Shown: positions 30,390 through 40,559, counted from the first letter of the stretch. The stretch is DNA of 64,000 bases from an uncultured Acidobacteriota bacterium (GCA_964412195.1 CAYPNP010000003.1:160386-224385); one strand, 5' to 3'. Notes: a model not told the origin generated them from the letters alone. A program made the numbers and translations.

Positions 30390-31238
30390 ATGCTCCCCGT
30401 CGCCGGCGAGTTGTGGGGCCTCCCGATTTACAGTTACGGCCTGGCCGTGTCGGTGGCCCTGCTCGTCTGCCTGCCGCTGGCCTGGCGGATCCGGGAGCGC
30501 GCCGGGCTCACGCCGGGTGACCTGCTGAATCTCTGCCTGCTGGGAATCGCGTCGCTGCTGTTCGTCCCCAAGCTCTGGACCATGATCCTGGCCCGGGATT
30601 TCAGCCCGGGGGCGTGGCGCCTGCTGCTATCGCCTTGGCGGCAGGAGGGCTTCGCGCTTGGGCCCGTGGCCGTCGTCGCCGCGCTGGGCTGGGCGGCTTA
30701 CGGCCGGTGGAAGCGGATCCCGCTCCTGCCCGCCATCGACGCCTTCCTGCCGGTGCTGCTGCTGGGCCTGGCGATCCAGCGCCTCGGATGCTTCCTGGCC
30801 GGCTGCTGCTACGGCCGGCCCACCGGGTTGCCCTGGGGCATCCGTTTCCCGGCGGACTCCCCGGCCGGCCGAGCCTTTCCGGGCGAGGCCGTCCACCCCA
30901 CCCAGTTGTACTACCTGCTGGTGTTCCTGTTGGTGGCGGGCCTGTTGTGGCTGGGGCGGGGATTCCTCCGGCGGCAGGGTGCGGCCACGGCCGCCGGTCT
31001 CCTGGGCACGGGAATCGCCTTTGTCGCCATTACCACCCTGCGCGGTGACCTGGAGCCGGGAGCCCGCTCCCTGGCTGCCATGGCCTCCCCGCTGGTGGCG
31101 CTCGGGCTCGCCGTCGCGGGCCTGGTCCTGGGCGCATGCATCGCCTGGCAAAAATACCGGAACGATCGGAAGTCGGAATCCACCGCTGGCCGGAACCGTC
31201 CGCCGCCAGCCTTGAACTCAGGGAGGAGGAACCCATGA
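30390..31238 (+). CDS. lgt: prolipoprotein diacylglyceryl transferase
   Basis: Lgt signature region GCCYGRPT...HPTQLY; multiple transmembrane helices. Confidence 0.85.
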   Translation: MLPVAGELWGLPIYSYGLAVSVALLVCLPLAWRIRERAGLTPGDLLNLCLLGIASLLFVPKLWTMILARDFSPGAWRLLLSPWRQEGFALGPVAVVAALGWAAYGRWKRIPLLPAIDAFLPVLLLGLAIQRLGCFLAGCCYGRPTGLPWGIRFPADSPAGRAFPGEAVHPTQLYYLLVFLLVAGLLWLGRGFLRRQGAATAAGLLGTGIAFVAITTLRGDLEPGARSLAAMASPLVALGLAVAGLVLGACIAWQKYRNDRKSESTAGRNRPPPALNSGRRNP

Positions 31239-33304
31239 AAAACGCGTGGCAGATCGCTCTCCTGATCGCCTTCGCCGCGGCGATCCCCTACATCGGATCG
31301 GGCTGCTCCAGCACGTCGTCCGGCAAGCTGGGCAACAGCGCGGCCATCTATCCGGACGGCAGCGGGCGCATGACCCTCTGGATGGGCGGCACCAAGCCCG
31401 CGGTGATCGATGAGTGGGAGACAGAAACGGTGTCCGGTTCCTACTCGTTCGTCGACTACCACCAGGACGACGCCACTTACGACGTCACCGCCCGGATCAC
31501 GGCCGTTGGACTGACTCCCGCAGGTGTCGGCGGGGTAGGCATCCTGCAGTTTCCCTCCGACGCCTCCGGTTTCAGCGCCACCTACAACGACTACCAAGGG
31601 CATTCCGGAACGCTGACGGTGACGGCGGGCCTGGCCTCGGTGCCGATCACCCCCACCCGCACCCTGACGGCCGAGGCCGGCCAGCAGCTCGTGGTCGTCC
31701 AGGTCCCGCCCGCACTGGTGCCGGAAAACGGTCAGCCCGAGAAGTGGTATGAGAACCAGCTCAACTTCACCGTCAATCCCACTCGGACGATCCAAGTCAA
31801 GGCGGTCATGGCGGCCACGGTGAGCCAAGGCGGAACCCTCTACTACCTGCCGGTGTGCCCGGTGGTCTCCTCGCTGGCGGACGTGCCGGCCATGGACATC
31901 GAGCTGGGCAACGGGCCGAAGGAATTCCGGTTCCCCCACCTCCAGGACCTGCCCCACCCCGGCGGCATCCAGGTCTACGACGTGAAGCACGACCAGGTGT
32001 ACGCGGCGCGCTACTTCCCGCGGCTGGGCTACACCCCGGGCACCAGCACCGAGGGGCTCGGCTTCGTCAACACCGGCAGCCAGGCGATCCAGGCCACGTT
32101 CCAGGCCTACGATGCCGCGGGGAATTCGGCGGGGACGTCGGCGCCCATGACGTGGCCGGCGCAGAACCAGGGGGCCTACCAGGCGGAGGGGGTGCTCGGG
32201 TTGACTCAGGCCACCGACGGCTGGGTGGAGGCGCGGCTGTCGCGCGGGGAGATGCTGGGCTTCTTCCTCACCCAGTGGTTCCCGGGCGGGGTCCTGTCCG
32301 GCCTGGATGGCGCCAGCGTGTTCACCCGGGCCATGACCCGGGGGATCATCCCGCGGATCCAGATGCTGAACGGGTACTCCACCGAGGTGCGGATCGTCAA
32401 CACCAGCGGAATGGGCTACAATGTGGGTTATCAACGGATCCCCGGCACCGCGTTCGGCTTTTGCGGCAGCCTGCCCATTCCGGCCCGCGGGATGGCGACG
32501 GCGGATCTGGCAGGCTGCGGCGCGTACGACGGCGCCTTATTCCTCGAGGGCACCAGCCAGTTCATCGCGAACGCCACGATCCGCTACGGGAACGACTGCC
32601 TCAGCTCGGTCAATGTCATACCCTTTGAGGAGGCCGCCGAGTCGCTCTACGCCCCGCACATCGTCCTCTTCCCGGGAATATATTTCACCTCGATCAACCT
32701 GTACAACACGGCAGCGACTGATGCCACGGTCCAGATCAGCCCCTTCAACGCCGACGGCACGCCCATGGCCAGCCCATTCAACACGACCATTGAAGGCCAG
32801 CATGTCGTGACCTTGACCGACACCCAGCTGGGCCTGCCGGCGGGGGTCAACAGCGACGGCTGGCTGAAGGTCACGTCGCCCGGCAAGCCCCTCATCGGGT
32901 GCATCACCTTCGGCGACCCGACGAACCACCGGTACGAGTCCACCTTGCCTCTGCAGCGCGAGGGGACCACCGATTTCTATTACGCCCAGGTGGCCACCGG
33001 CGACGTCGGCGGGGTGGTCTACGGCACCGGCATCGCCATCGTCAATCCGAGCGAAACCGCGTCAGTCCAGGTCACCATCGAGGTGCACAGGAGCGACGGC
33101 TCGTCCAACGGCAACCAGGTGGTCCGCACCCTGGCGCCCAAGGAGAAGTACGTCCGCCAGCTGTCGCAGATCGAGGGCATCGGCGCCCTGCAGAACCAGG
33201 CCAGCGGCTACATCCACGTTTCGGCCACCGGGCCGGTCCTGTCGTTCGAGCTGTTCTTCGACCAGAGCGTGAACTTCCTGAGCGCCGTCGAGGCGCAGCA
33301 CTGA
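31235..33304 (+). CDS. large secreted lipoprotein (689 aa), beta-rich, function unknown
   Basis: RBS GGGAGGAGG then ATG; signal peptide with lipobox-like IGSGC; ATGA overlap with the lgt stop. Confidence 0.6.
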   Translation: MKNAWQIALLIAFAAAIPYIGSGCSSTSSGKLGNSAAIYPDGSGRMTLWMGGTKPAVIDEWETETVSGSYSFVDYHQDDATYDVTARITAVGLTPAGVGGVGILQFPSDASGFSATYNDYQGHSGTLTVTAGLASVPITPTRTLTAEAGQQLVVVQVPPALVPENGQPEKWYENQLNFTVNPTRTIQVKAVMAATVSQGGTLYYLPVCPVVSSLADVPAMDIELGNGPKEFRFPHLQDLPHPGGIQVYDVKHDQVYAARYFPRLGYTPGTSTEGLGFVNTGSQAIQATFQAYDAAGNSAGTSAPMTWPAQNQGAYQAEGVLGLTQATDGWVEARLSRGEMLGFFLTQWFPGGVLSGLDGASVFTRAMTRGIIPRIQMLNGYSTEVRIVNTSGMGYNVGYQRIPGTAFGFCGSLPIPARGMATADLAGCGAYDGALFLEGTSQFIANATIRYGNDCLSSVNVIPFEEAAESLYAPHIVLFPGIYFTSINLYNTAATDATVQISPFNADGTPMASPFNTTIEGQHVVTLTDTQLGLPAGVNSDGWLKVTSPGKPLIGCITFGDPTNHRYESTLPLQREGTTDFYYAQVATGDVGGVVYGTGIAIVNPSETASVQVTIEVHRSDGSSNGNQVVRTLAPKEKYVRQLSQIEGIGALQNQASGYIHVSATGPVLSFELFFDQSVNFLSAVEAQH

Positions 33305-33317
33305 GGATCCCGTCTGA

Positions 33318-33352
33318 CGGGGAGGGCCACCCGCGCGGACGGCCCTCCCCGC
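33318..33352 (+). terminator. stem-loop terminator after the lipoprotein gene
   Basis: GGGGAGGGCC-N12-GGCCCTCCCC perfect 10-bp stem. Confidence 0.5.
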
Positions 33353-33482
33353 GGATTTACGCCGGCAAGTTTCAGCATAAAATGTTGTATATCAACAAAT
33401 CATAAAATCCCTGAAAAGTTGTATCCGCCCGCATCAGGTGTCATCCAACCCCCGCAGAGTACTCTGAACCAAAGGAGGTTCC

Positions 33483-33941
33483 ATGAAAGCCAAGATGCTG
33501 ATGTCACTGGTTTTCCTGGCGGCGTTGGCCGTCCTGCCGCTCGGCAGTGACGCCAAATCCAAGGGGGCCGTGGCCAGTTCCGATAAATCGTCCGGCAAGA
33601 TCCTCGCCGAGAAGTGCACGTCCTGCGGAAAGAGCGTGCAGATGAAGCACCTGTCCGGGGACGAGTGGGAGATCCTGTGCCCCACCTGCAATCAGCCGAT
33701 GACCATGACCAAGCTTGCGGCCAACAATTTCTCCGCCCGGTGCGAGGGCTGCCGCAAGGAGATCGCCCTGGAGAAGCAGCAAAACGGGACCATGATGCTG
33801 AAGTGCCCCGGCTGCGGTCACGAGATGGCCATGAAGTGCCCGGATTGCGGCGACAAAGGCACCCTGAAAGTCGCCAGCCTCTACGGCGGCACGACCCGCC
33901 TGGAGTGCGCCAATTGCCACAGGCAAGTCGACGTGAAGTAG
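33483..33941 (+). CDS. secreted cysteine-rich protein with six CxxC motifs (three zinc-ribbon-like pairs), paralog 1
   Basis: Signal peptide; CTSCGK, CPTCNQ, CEGCRK, CPGCGH, CPDCGD, CANCHR; RBS AAAGGAGG. Confidence 0.6.
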   Translation: MKAKMLMSLVFLAALAVLPLGSDAKSKGAVASSDKSSGKILAEKCTSCGKSVQMKHLSGDEWEILCPTCNQPMTMTKLAANNFSARCEGCRKEIALEKQQNGTMMLKCPGCGHEMAMKCPDCGDKGTLKVASLYGGTTRLECANCHRQVDVK

Positions 33942-33984
33942 CGTCGATCCGTCTCCAGCCCCGCGGAAAGCGCGGGGGCCGGCC

Positions 33985-34022
33985 GGGCTCATTGCGCCCG
34001 GCCATTTTTTTTACCTTCCTGG
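33985..34022 (+). terminator. rho-independent terminator
   Basis: GGCCGGGCTCATTGCGCCCGGCC followed by ATTTTTTTT. Confidence 0.7.
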
Positions 34023-34168
34023 GCGTGCCGCATGGCTGGAATCCCGGGTCCGAGCAAGGAGAAGGCCCCGTCGATAATAATCTTTCGAAAAGATATAGAT
34101 TTTGGGGATCCCTCCCGGCCGGCCTTCATCCAATGCCAACAGTTAACTCGGCTGCACAAGGAGGGGCT

Positions 34169-34621
34169 ATGAAGATCAATGCATGGAAGATCGTGTTGTT
34201 CACGTTGGCGATGGGGATCCTGGCGCTCGGGGGGGACTCCGGCCAGATCACACCAGTGGCTTCCCATTCCGCGGTGTCGGCCGTCCGGACCGAAAAGTGC
34301 CCGGACTGCGGCCAGACCATCAAGATGCGGCAGATCGACCACGAGACCTGGGAGTTCTTTTGCCCGAAGTGCGGGGAAGCGATGCGGACGGAGCCGACCA
34401 GCGTCAGCACCCTCACCGCGAGGTGCCCGTCCGGCGACATGGAAATCCGGCTGACCAGGGTGCGGAAAGACACAGTGAATTTCGAGTGTCCGGGGTGCAA
34501 GCACCTGATGGTCCTGAAATGCCCGGATTGCGGCCAGGGGGTGCTGAAGTATCAGAAGGTGTCCGGGGAATCCACCAGCGCGCAGTGCGCCAGTTGCCAC
34601 AAGGCGGTGGACGTGAAGTGA
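34169..34621 (+). CDS. secreted cysteine-rich CxxC-repeat protein, paralog 2
   Basis: RBS AAGGAGG; signal peptide; CPDCGQ, CPKCGE, CPGCKH, CPDCGQ, CASCHK; same C-terminus as paralog 1 (...VDVK); the ORF-track start at 33614 is rejected. Confidence 0.6.
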   Translation: MKINAWKIVLFTLAMGILALGGDSGQITPVASHSAVSAVRTEKCPDCGQTIKMRQIDHETWEFFCPKCGEAMRTEPTSVSTLTARCPSGDMEIRLTRVRKDTVNFECPGCKHLMVLKCPDCGQGVLKYQKVSGESTSAQCASCHKAVDVK

Positions 34622-34770
34622 ACCGGCCCGCCCGGCGGCGCGGCTGGAGAGGCACGGAAGGGCCGGGGTTTGCGCCCCGGCCCTCTTATTTCCGGTGGTT
34701 GCGGGCCGGGAGGGGCGATGTATAATGGGAGCTGTTCTCGATCAATCCTGCCCGCACCGGATGGAAGCGC

Positions 34771-35892
34771 ATGGCCGGCGACAAGCCCCCCTCGATGGAC
34801 GAACCCGGCGGGGACCCCAACCTGCTCCGGGTTCTGTGGCGGGACCTGGTCCACGGCGATTTTGACCGGATGTTCCGCCGCGACCTGAAGGATTTTTACT
34901 ACTTCTATCTCGACGACGACCAGCGCCGCCGCCTGATGAACATGTCGCGCTTCAAGCAGGTGCTGTTCGTCCTGGGCTGGGTCGCACGGGAACTCTTCCT
35001 CCGTTTGGCGCCCGCCCGGCGGATCCTGTTGGTCGCCTGCCTGCTGGTTTTCCTCTGGGGGAGCGTCCGGGTCACCATGGGCGACACTCGCGTCACCATC
35101 GACCTCCGGATCCTCAGCTTCGCCGGCCTGCTCTTCGTCTTGATGCTGGAGCTGAAGGACAAGCTGCTGGCCCGCGACGAGCTGGCGGTGGGACGCGCCG
35201 TCCAGCTGGCCCTCCTGCCGGACCGGAACCCGGAACTGGCCGGCTGGTCCATCTGGCTCTACACGCGGCCGGCCAACGACGTCGGCGGTGACCTGGTGGA
35301 TTACCTGGCCCTCCCCGGCGGGCGCCTCGGGCTGATGCTCGGGGACGTGGCCGGCAAGGGGCTGGGGGCCGCCCTGCTGATGGCCAAGCTCCAGGCGACC
35401 CTGCGGGCGCTCGCCCCCGAGGCGGCGGCGCTGGGGGGGCTCGGCGGGCACCTCAACGCGATCTTCTGCCGCGACGGCCTGCCGAACCGCTTCGCCACGC
35501 TGGTCTACCTGGAGCTGCACCCCGGCTCGGGGACCGTCCACCTACTGAACGCCGGGCATCTCCCCCCGCTGGTCCTGGGCGCCGACGGCCCCTCGGAGAT
35601 GGAACCGGTGGCGCCTCCGCTGGGAATCCTGCCGGAGGCCGAGTATCCGGAACAGCGCCTGGTGATCGGCCCCGGCGACAGCCTGGTGGCGTACTCCGAC
35701 GGGGTGACCGACGCCCGCAACGCCGCCGGCGAGATGTTCGGCGACGACCGCCTGCGCGCCCTGCTGGCCGAATCGCGGGCGCTCGGCCCGGCCGACCTGG
35801 GCATGCGGCTGCTGTCGGAGATCCTGAAGTTCGCTGGCAACGAGCGCCTGCCCGACGACCTGTCGCTCATCATCCTGCAAAGACTGGACTAG
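34771..35892 (+). CDS. membrane-anchored PP2C-family Ser/Thr phosphatase (SpoIIE-type domain)
   Basis: N-terminal region with two transmembrane helices; PP2C motifs GGDLVDY, GDVAGKG, YSDGVTD. Confidence 0.8.
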   Translation: MAGDKPPSMDEPGGDPNLLRVLWRDLVHGDFDRMFRRDLKDFYYFYLDDDQRRRLMNMSRFKQVLFVLGWVARELFLRLAPARRILLVACLLVFLWGSVRVTMGDTRVTIDLRILSFAGLLFVLMLELKDKLLARDELAVGRAVQLALLPDRNPELAGWSIWLYTRPANDVGGDLVDYLALPGGRLGLMLGDVAGKGLGAALLMAKLQATLRALAPEAAALGGLGGHLNAIFCRDGLPNRFATLVYLELHPGSGTVHLLNAGHLPPLVLGADGPSEMEPVAPPLGILPEAEYPEQRLVIGPGDSLVAYSDGVTDARNAAGEMFGDDRLRALLAESRALGPADLGMRLLSEILKFAGNERLPDDLSLIILQRLD

Positions 35893-36132
35893 GTGAGTCG
35901 ATTCGGAGTGCGATTCCGGACCTCGGACCTCGGGTTTCGGACCTCGGCGGAACGCCCCACAACCGATCTTCGATAATTGACGCCGGCATCCACGGTTTGA
36001 TGCCCGATGTCCGACATCCGAAGTCCGATGTCCGAAACCCGCTGGATTCGGGATCATCAAGAAAAAACAGTTGACAGCATGGGGCCGGATCTGTAATATT
36101 CTTCGTTCTTGTCGACGAATTCTGGAGGAATC

Positions 36133-36339
36133 ATGTCCAAGGTTTGTGATATCTGCGGCAAAGGCCCCATGTTCGGGCACAACGTCAGCCACGCCCACAA
36201 CCTGACCAAGCGGCGCTTCAATCCGAACCTGCACAAGATGCGCGCCCAGGTCGGCGGCGACGTGAAGCGGATCCAGGTCTGCACCCGCTGCCTGCGCTCG
36301 GGCAAGGTGCAGAAACCGGTCGTCTCCCCCAAGCCGTAA
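36133..36339 (+). CDS. rpmB: 50S ribosomal protein L28
   Basis: [33 protein letters not shown] canonical L28 N-terminus; RBS GGAGG. Confidence 0.85.
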   Translation: MSKVCDICGKGPMFGHNVSHAHNLTKRRFNPNLHKMRAQVGGDVKRIQVCTRCLRSGKVQKPVVSPKP

Positions 36340-36480
36340 ACCATTCACCACAAAGACACAAAGAGCACAAAGAAATCCTTTCTGAGGTAAGCAGCTCAGA
36401 AAGGATTTGTGTTTTATTCAACGAGTGCATCTCGGCAGCTGCCTGCCTTTGTGTCCTTTGGGCCTTTGTGGTGAATCCTA
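36340..36480. terminator. rpmB terminator hairpin flanked by inverted CACAAAG heptamer arrays
   Basis: aaatcctttctgaggtaagcagctcagaaaggattt hairpin followed by tgtgtttt; caccacaaagacacaaagagcacaaag upstream and its inverse ctttgtgtcctttgggcctttgtggtg downstream. Confidence 0.65.
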
Positions 36481-38643
36481 CTGGCGGTTTTTTTCGACGC
36501 GCTCGACGTCCCGCACATTCTTGATGGACTTGATCGTCCGGATGATCTTGGCCAGGTGGTCGAGGTCGCGGATGTCCAGCGACACTTGGAAGACACCCTC
36601 CATTTTCGACGTCGCATGAGCGCGGAAGTCACGGATGTTCACGTCCATCTTGGTGATCTTGTTGGAGATGTCGGCGATCATGCCCTTCCGGTCGTCGGTA
36701 TAGATCAGCAGGGCAATGGGGTAGGTCTCGTCCTTGACCTGCTTGCCCCAGGAGACCTCGATCCGCTTCTCGGGGTTGTTGAGGAGCCGCTCGATGTTGG
36801 CGCAGGTTTTGGTGTGGACGATGATGCCGCGGCCGCGGGAGATGTAGCCGACGATCTCCTCTCCCGGGATCGGGCTGCAGCACTTGGCGCGGCTGATCAG
36901 GATGTTGCTCATGCCGCTGACCTCGAACTTGGCTGCGCCGAGGTGCAGGGCGTCCCTGACCTTCTGCTTGAGCGCGGCCACGGCGGTCTTGTCCTCGGGC
37001 TCCTCGACGGTGGTCTGCAGCAGGTTTTCCAGAAAGCTGCGGGCCGACATCTTGCCGAAGCCGATCTGGGCGTACAGGTCCTCTTCCTTGTGCTGGCCGG
37101 CGTCCTGCAGCTGTTCCGCGAACTTGGGGTGCCCGAGCACGTTCTTGAGCGATACCTTGAAGCGCTGGGCCTCCTTCTCCAGCATCTTGCGGCCCAGCTC
37201 GACGGCCTGCTGGCGCTCGTACTTGTTGAGCCACTGCCGGACCTTGTTCCGCGCCTTGGCGGTCTTGAGGAACGCCAGCCAGTCCCGGCTGGGGTGGCGG
37301 TTCTTGTCGGTGACGATTTCGACGATCTCGCCGTTGCGGAGCTGGTACTTCAGCGGGACGATCCGGCCGTTGACCTTGGCCTGGGTGCAATGGTGGCCGA
37401 TGTCGGTGTGGATGTCGTAGGCAAAGTCCACCGGCGTGGCGCCCTTGGGCAGGGTTACGACGCGGCCCTTGGGGGTGAAGGCGTAGACCTCCTCCGGGAA
37501 GAGGTCGATCTTGAGGGAGGTCATGAAGTCGTGCGGGTCCTGCTCCTTGTGCCACTCCAGCAGATGGCGCAGCCAGGTGAACCGCTGGTCGCCCTCGTCC
37601 TCGGTGTACTTGCCCTCCTTGTACATCCAGTGCGCCGCGATGCCTTCCTCGGCGATGCGGTGCATCTCCTCGGTCCGGATCTGGATCTCGAAGGGGATGC
37701 CCGACTCGTGCATCACCGTGGTGTGCACCGACTGGTAGCCGTTGGGGCGGGGCATGGAGATGTAGTCCTTGAACCGGCCCGGCACCAGTCGCCAGTAGCT
37801 GTGGGCGATGCCGAGGATGCCGTAGCAGTCCTTGACCGTCCCGGTGATGATCCGCAGGGCCAGGAAGTCGTAGACCTCATCGAAGGAGATCTTCTGGCGC
37901 TTCATCTTGGCAGAGATGCTGGAGACGCGCTTGATCCGGCTCTGGAACCGGACGTCGGGCACCTGGTCGTCGAGGAGCTTCCGCAGCTTCGCCTCGGCGT
38001 CCTTCAGCACGCGCTCGCCGGCGGCGCGGCGCTTCTCGATCAGGGCGATGACCTCCTGGTACTTCTCCGGCTCGAGGTGGTAGAAAGCCAGGTCTTCCAG
38101 CTCGCCCTTGATCTTGCCCATGCCCAGCCGGTTGGCCAGGGGCACGTAAATGTCCAGCGTCTCCCGGGCGATGCGCTCTTTCTGGTCCGGCCGCAGGTGC
38201 TGCAGGGTGCGCATGTTGTGGAGCCGGTCGGCCAACTTGACCAGGATGACCCGCAGGTCGTTGGCCATGGCCAGGAGCAGCTTGCGGAAGTTCTCCGCCT
38301 GGCGGTGCTCGGTGGAGGTGAAGGGGATCTGGCTGATCTTGGTGACGCCGTCCACGATGGCGGCCACGTCATCGCCGAAGAACTTCCGCAGGGTGTCGAC
38401 GTCGGTGATGGTGTCCTCGACCACGTCGTGCAGCAGGCCGACGGAGACCGAGACCACGTCCAGCCCCATGTCGGCGAGGATGTGGGCCACCTCCAGCGGA
38501 TGGGTCAGGTACGGCTCGCCGTTCTTGCGGAACTGGTTGGCGTGCTCCCGGGCCGAGAACACGTAGGCCCGGCGGAGGAGTTCGACGTCGGCCTTGGGAT
38601 AGTTCTTCTGGACGGTTTCCGCGATGTCTTCGATGCGGATCAT
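36478..38643 (-). CDS. relA: bifunctional (p)ppGpp synthetase/hydrolase RelA/SpoT (Rel)
   Basis: 721 aa; HD hydrolase domain (HPLEVAHILADMGLD...HD), synthetase domain, TGS and ACT-like C-terminus. Confidence 0.9.
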   Translation of the reverse strand: MIRIEDIAETVQKNYPKADVELLRRAYVFSAREHANQFRKNGEPYLTHPLEVAHILADMGLDVVSVSVGLLHDVVEDTITDVDTLRKFFGDDVAAIVDGVTKISQIPFTSTEHRQAENFRKLLLAMANDLRVILVKLADRLHNMRTLQHLRPDQKERIARETLDIYVPLANRLGMGKIKGELEDLAFYHLEPEKYQEVIALIEKRRAAGERVLKDAEAKLRKLLDDQVPDVRFQSRIKRVSSISAKMKRQKISFDEVYDFLALRIITGTVKDCYGILGIAHSYWRLVPGRFKDYISMPRPNGYQSVHTTVMHESGIPFEIQIRTEEMHRIAEEGIAAHWMYKEGKYTEDEGDQRFTWLRHLLEWHKEQDPHDFMTSLKIDLFPEEVYAFTPKGRVVTLPKGATPVDFAYDIHTDIGHHCTQAKVNGRIVPLKYQLRNGEIVEIVTDKNRHPSRDWLAFLKTAKARNKVRQWLNKYERQQAVELGRKMLEKEAQRFKVSLKNVLGHPKFAEQLQDAGQHKEEDLYAQIGFGKMSARSFLENLLQTTVEEPEDKTAVAALKQKVRDALHLGAAKFEVSGMSNILISRAKCCSPIPGEEIVGYISRGRGIIVHTKTCANIERLLNNPEKRIEVSWGKQVKDETYPIALLIYTDDRKGMIADISNKITKMDVNIRDFRAHATSKMEGVFQVSLDIRDLDHLAKIIRTIKSIKNVRDVERVEKNRQ

Positions 38644-38699
38644 GGGGATCCCTCACAATACCTTGATGATGATACCGTTTCAGGCCCCAAGTTTCAACC

Positions 38700-38900
38700 T
38701 TCAAACGCTCGAAGAGGGGCTCGGGACTCGGGGCTCGGGATTCGAGGCTTGGGTCTGGGTGCATCGTATTCCAAACCCAAACCCTGCATATCGATCTCCG
38801 CATACTCAACTCCGACATATTCCAACCCCAACCTCCAACCCCGAGCCCCGAGTCCCGAGCCCCGAACCCCGAGTCCCGAGACCCGCCTCGACTCCTCATG
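38700..38900. repeat. CCCGAGC/CCCGAGT heptamer arrays in inverted orientation around an AT-richer core
   Basis: gggctcgggactcggggctcgggattcgagg ... ccccgagccccgagtcccgagccccgaaccccgagtcccgagacc. Confidence 0.75.
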
Positions 38901-38981
38901 TGACGCAGCCCACAGCCGCCCCTCTTTTCCCTTGCCGGGGCCCGGTTCGGCGCTATAATTGAGCCCTCAGGAACAACCGGC

Positions 38982-40157
38982 ATGAAGATCCTTTTCCTCA
39001 GCGCATACCTCCCCGGCCGCGGGCTCCACGGCGGCAGCAGCCGCATCTTCGAGATCTTCCACCACCTGCACCGCTTCCACGAGCTGACGCTGGTCTCCTT
39101 CAAGAACCGCAACGACGACGACTCCCGCATCAATGAGCTCAAGCAGATGTGCGCCAAGCTGCACATCGTCTCCATGCCGGAGAAGCGCCCCTTCTACTGG
39201 TTCCCCTTCGAGCCTTTCATCGACTACGTCTCAGACGATTTCCGCAGCCGGCTCGGCAAGGTCCTGAAGAAAGAAAAGTTCGACCTGGTCCAGTTTGAGT
39301 ACGTCCAGACCGGGATCTATCGACGCCACATCCCGGCGGGCGTCCCGTGCCTCCTGACCGAGCACGAGGTCAACTTCCTGGCCCACCGCAAGAACATCCC
39401 CTTCCTGCACAGCCCGTTCCAGAAGCTCAAGACCTACTACGACTCCCTCCAGCTCATGAAGCGGGAGCTGGAGATCATGCAGACCATGGACAAGGTCATC
39501 TGCATGAACCAGCCGGAGGCCGAGGCCCTGCGGGACTACCTGCCCGAGGAGCGGCTGGCGGTCCTGCCGCACGGCGTCGACACCACCTACTTCCAGCCCG
39601 TGGCTGACCCGCCGCCGGAGCCCTTCTCGCTGGGCTTCTTCGGCGCCTACCACCACTACCCCAACATCGACGCGGTGTTTTACTTCGTCGACAAGATCTT
39701 CCCCCAGATCAAGGAGCGCGTGCCCGAGGCCCGGTTCTACATCATCGGCATCCACCCGCCGCCGGAGATCGTGGCCCTCGGCGAGCGCCCGGACATCACC
39801 GTCACCGGCTTCGTCCCCGACATCCGGCCCTGGCTGGCCCGCTGCCAGGTGATCATCGCGCCGATCCGGCAGGGCCTGGGCATGCGGGTCAAGATGCTGG
39901 AGGCCATGGCCATGGCCAAGCCGCTGGTGGCCACCGACCTGGCCTGCGCCGGCCTGGACATCGTGGACGGCCAGCACGGCATGATCGCCAACACCGACGA
40001 GAGCTTCGCCGAGAGCGTCTGCTACTTGCTGCAGGACCGGACCTGCGCCGAGGGGTTCGGGCGGGCCGCCCGGCAGCTGGTGGAGGAGAACTTCAACTAC
40101 ACCTCCGTCGGGAAGCGTCTCGAGGAACTCTACCTCTCGATGATCCACAAGAAATGA
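38982..40157 (+). CDS. GT4-family glycosyltransferase
   Basis: GT-B fold; C-terminal EX7E-like motif region (MRVKMLEAMAMAKPLVATD). Confidence 0.8.
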   Translation: MKILFLSAYLPGRGLHGGSSRIFEIFHHLHRFHELTLVSFKNRNDDDSRINELKQMCAKLHIVSMPEKRPFYWFPFEPFIDYVSDDFRSRLGKVLKKEKFDLVQFEYVQTGIYRRHIPAGVPCLLTEHEVNFLAHRKNIPFLHSPFQKLKTYYDSLQLMKRELEIMQTMDKVICMNQPEAEALRDYLPEERLAVLPHGVDTTYFQPVADPPPEPFSLGFFGAYHHYPNIDAVFYFVDKIFPQIKERVPEARFYIIGIHPPPEIVALGERPDITVTGFVPDIRPWLARCQVIIAPIRQGLGMRVKMLEAMAMAKPLVATDLACAGLDIVDGQHGMIANTDESFAESVCYLLQDRTCAEGFGRAARQLVEENFNYTSVGKRLEELYLSMIHKK

Positions 40158-40235
40158 GGCGGTCCCCTACCCGCAATTGGGGTTGAATCCCCAGTGGAAT
40201 TCCCGTATACTTCCGTCGATTTCGGCGAGGTGACC

Positions 40236-40559
40236 ATGCTGGACGCCAAGACCAAGAAGTATCTCCGCGGAAAGGCCAACGGCCTGTCGACGGCGGTGAC
40301 CGTGGGCAAGGAGGGCGTCACGGAGTCGGTCGCCGCCGAAATCGAGCGGACGGCCGAGACCGCGGAGCTGGTGAAAATCCGGCTCCTGCCGAGCGCGCCC
40401 GTGGACCGGAAGGAAGCCGAGCAGGCCCTGTCCGGGATGCTCCGCGGCGAGTTCGTCGGCGGCATCGGCCGGGTGCTCGTTTACTTCCTCCCGGGCAAGA
40501 ACCCCTCGCGCTACTTCCCGGCCGGCGGCGTGGCCGGCGGACGCACAGAGCATGATTGA
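40236..40559 (+). CDS. YhbY-family RNA-binding protein (CRM domain)
   Basis: KKYLRGKANGLSTAVTVGKEGVTESV...ETAELVKIRL YhbY pattern; GKxG motif. Confidence 0.7.
   Translation: MLDAKTKKYLRGKANGLSTAVTVGKEGVTESVAAEIERTAETAELVKIRLLPSAPVDRKEAEQALSGMLRGEFVGGIGRVLVYFLPGKNPSRYFPAGGVAGGRTEHD

Noticed and set aside
33614-34168. 335-aa ORF 33614..34621
   Set aside because: The upstream 185 codons span a strong terminator and an intergenic region; the real gene starts at 34169 with an RBS and a signal peptide.
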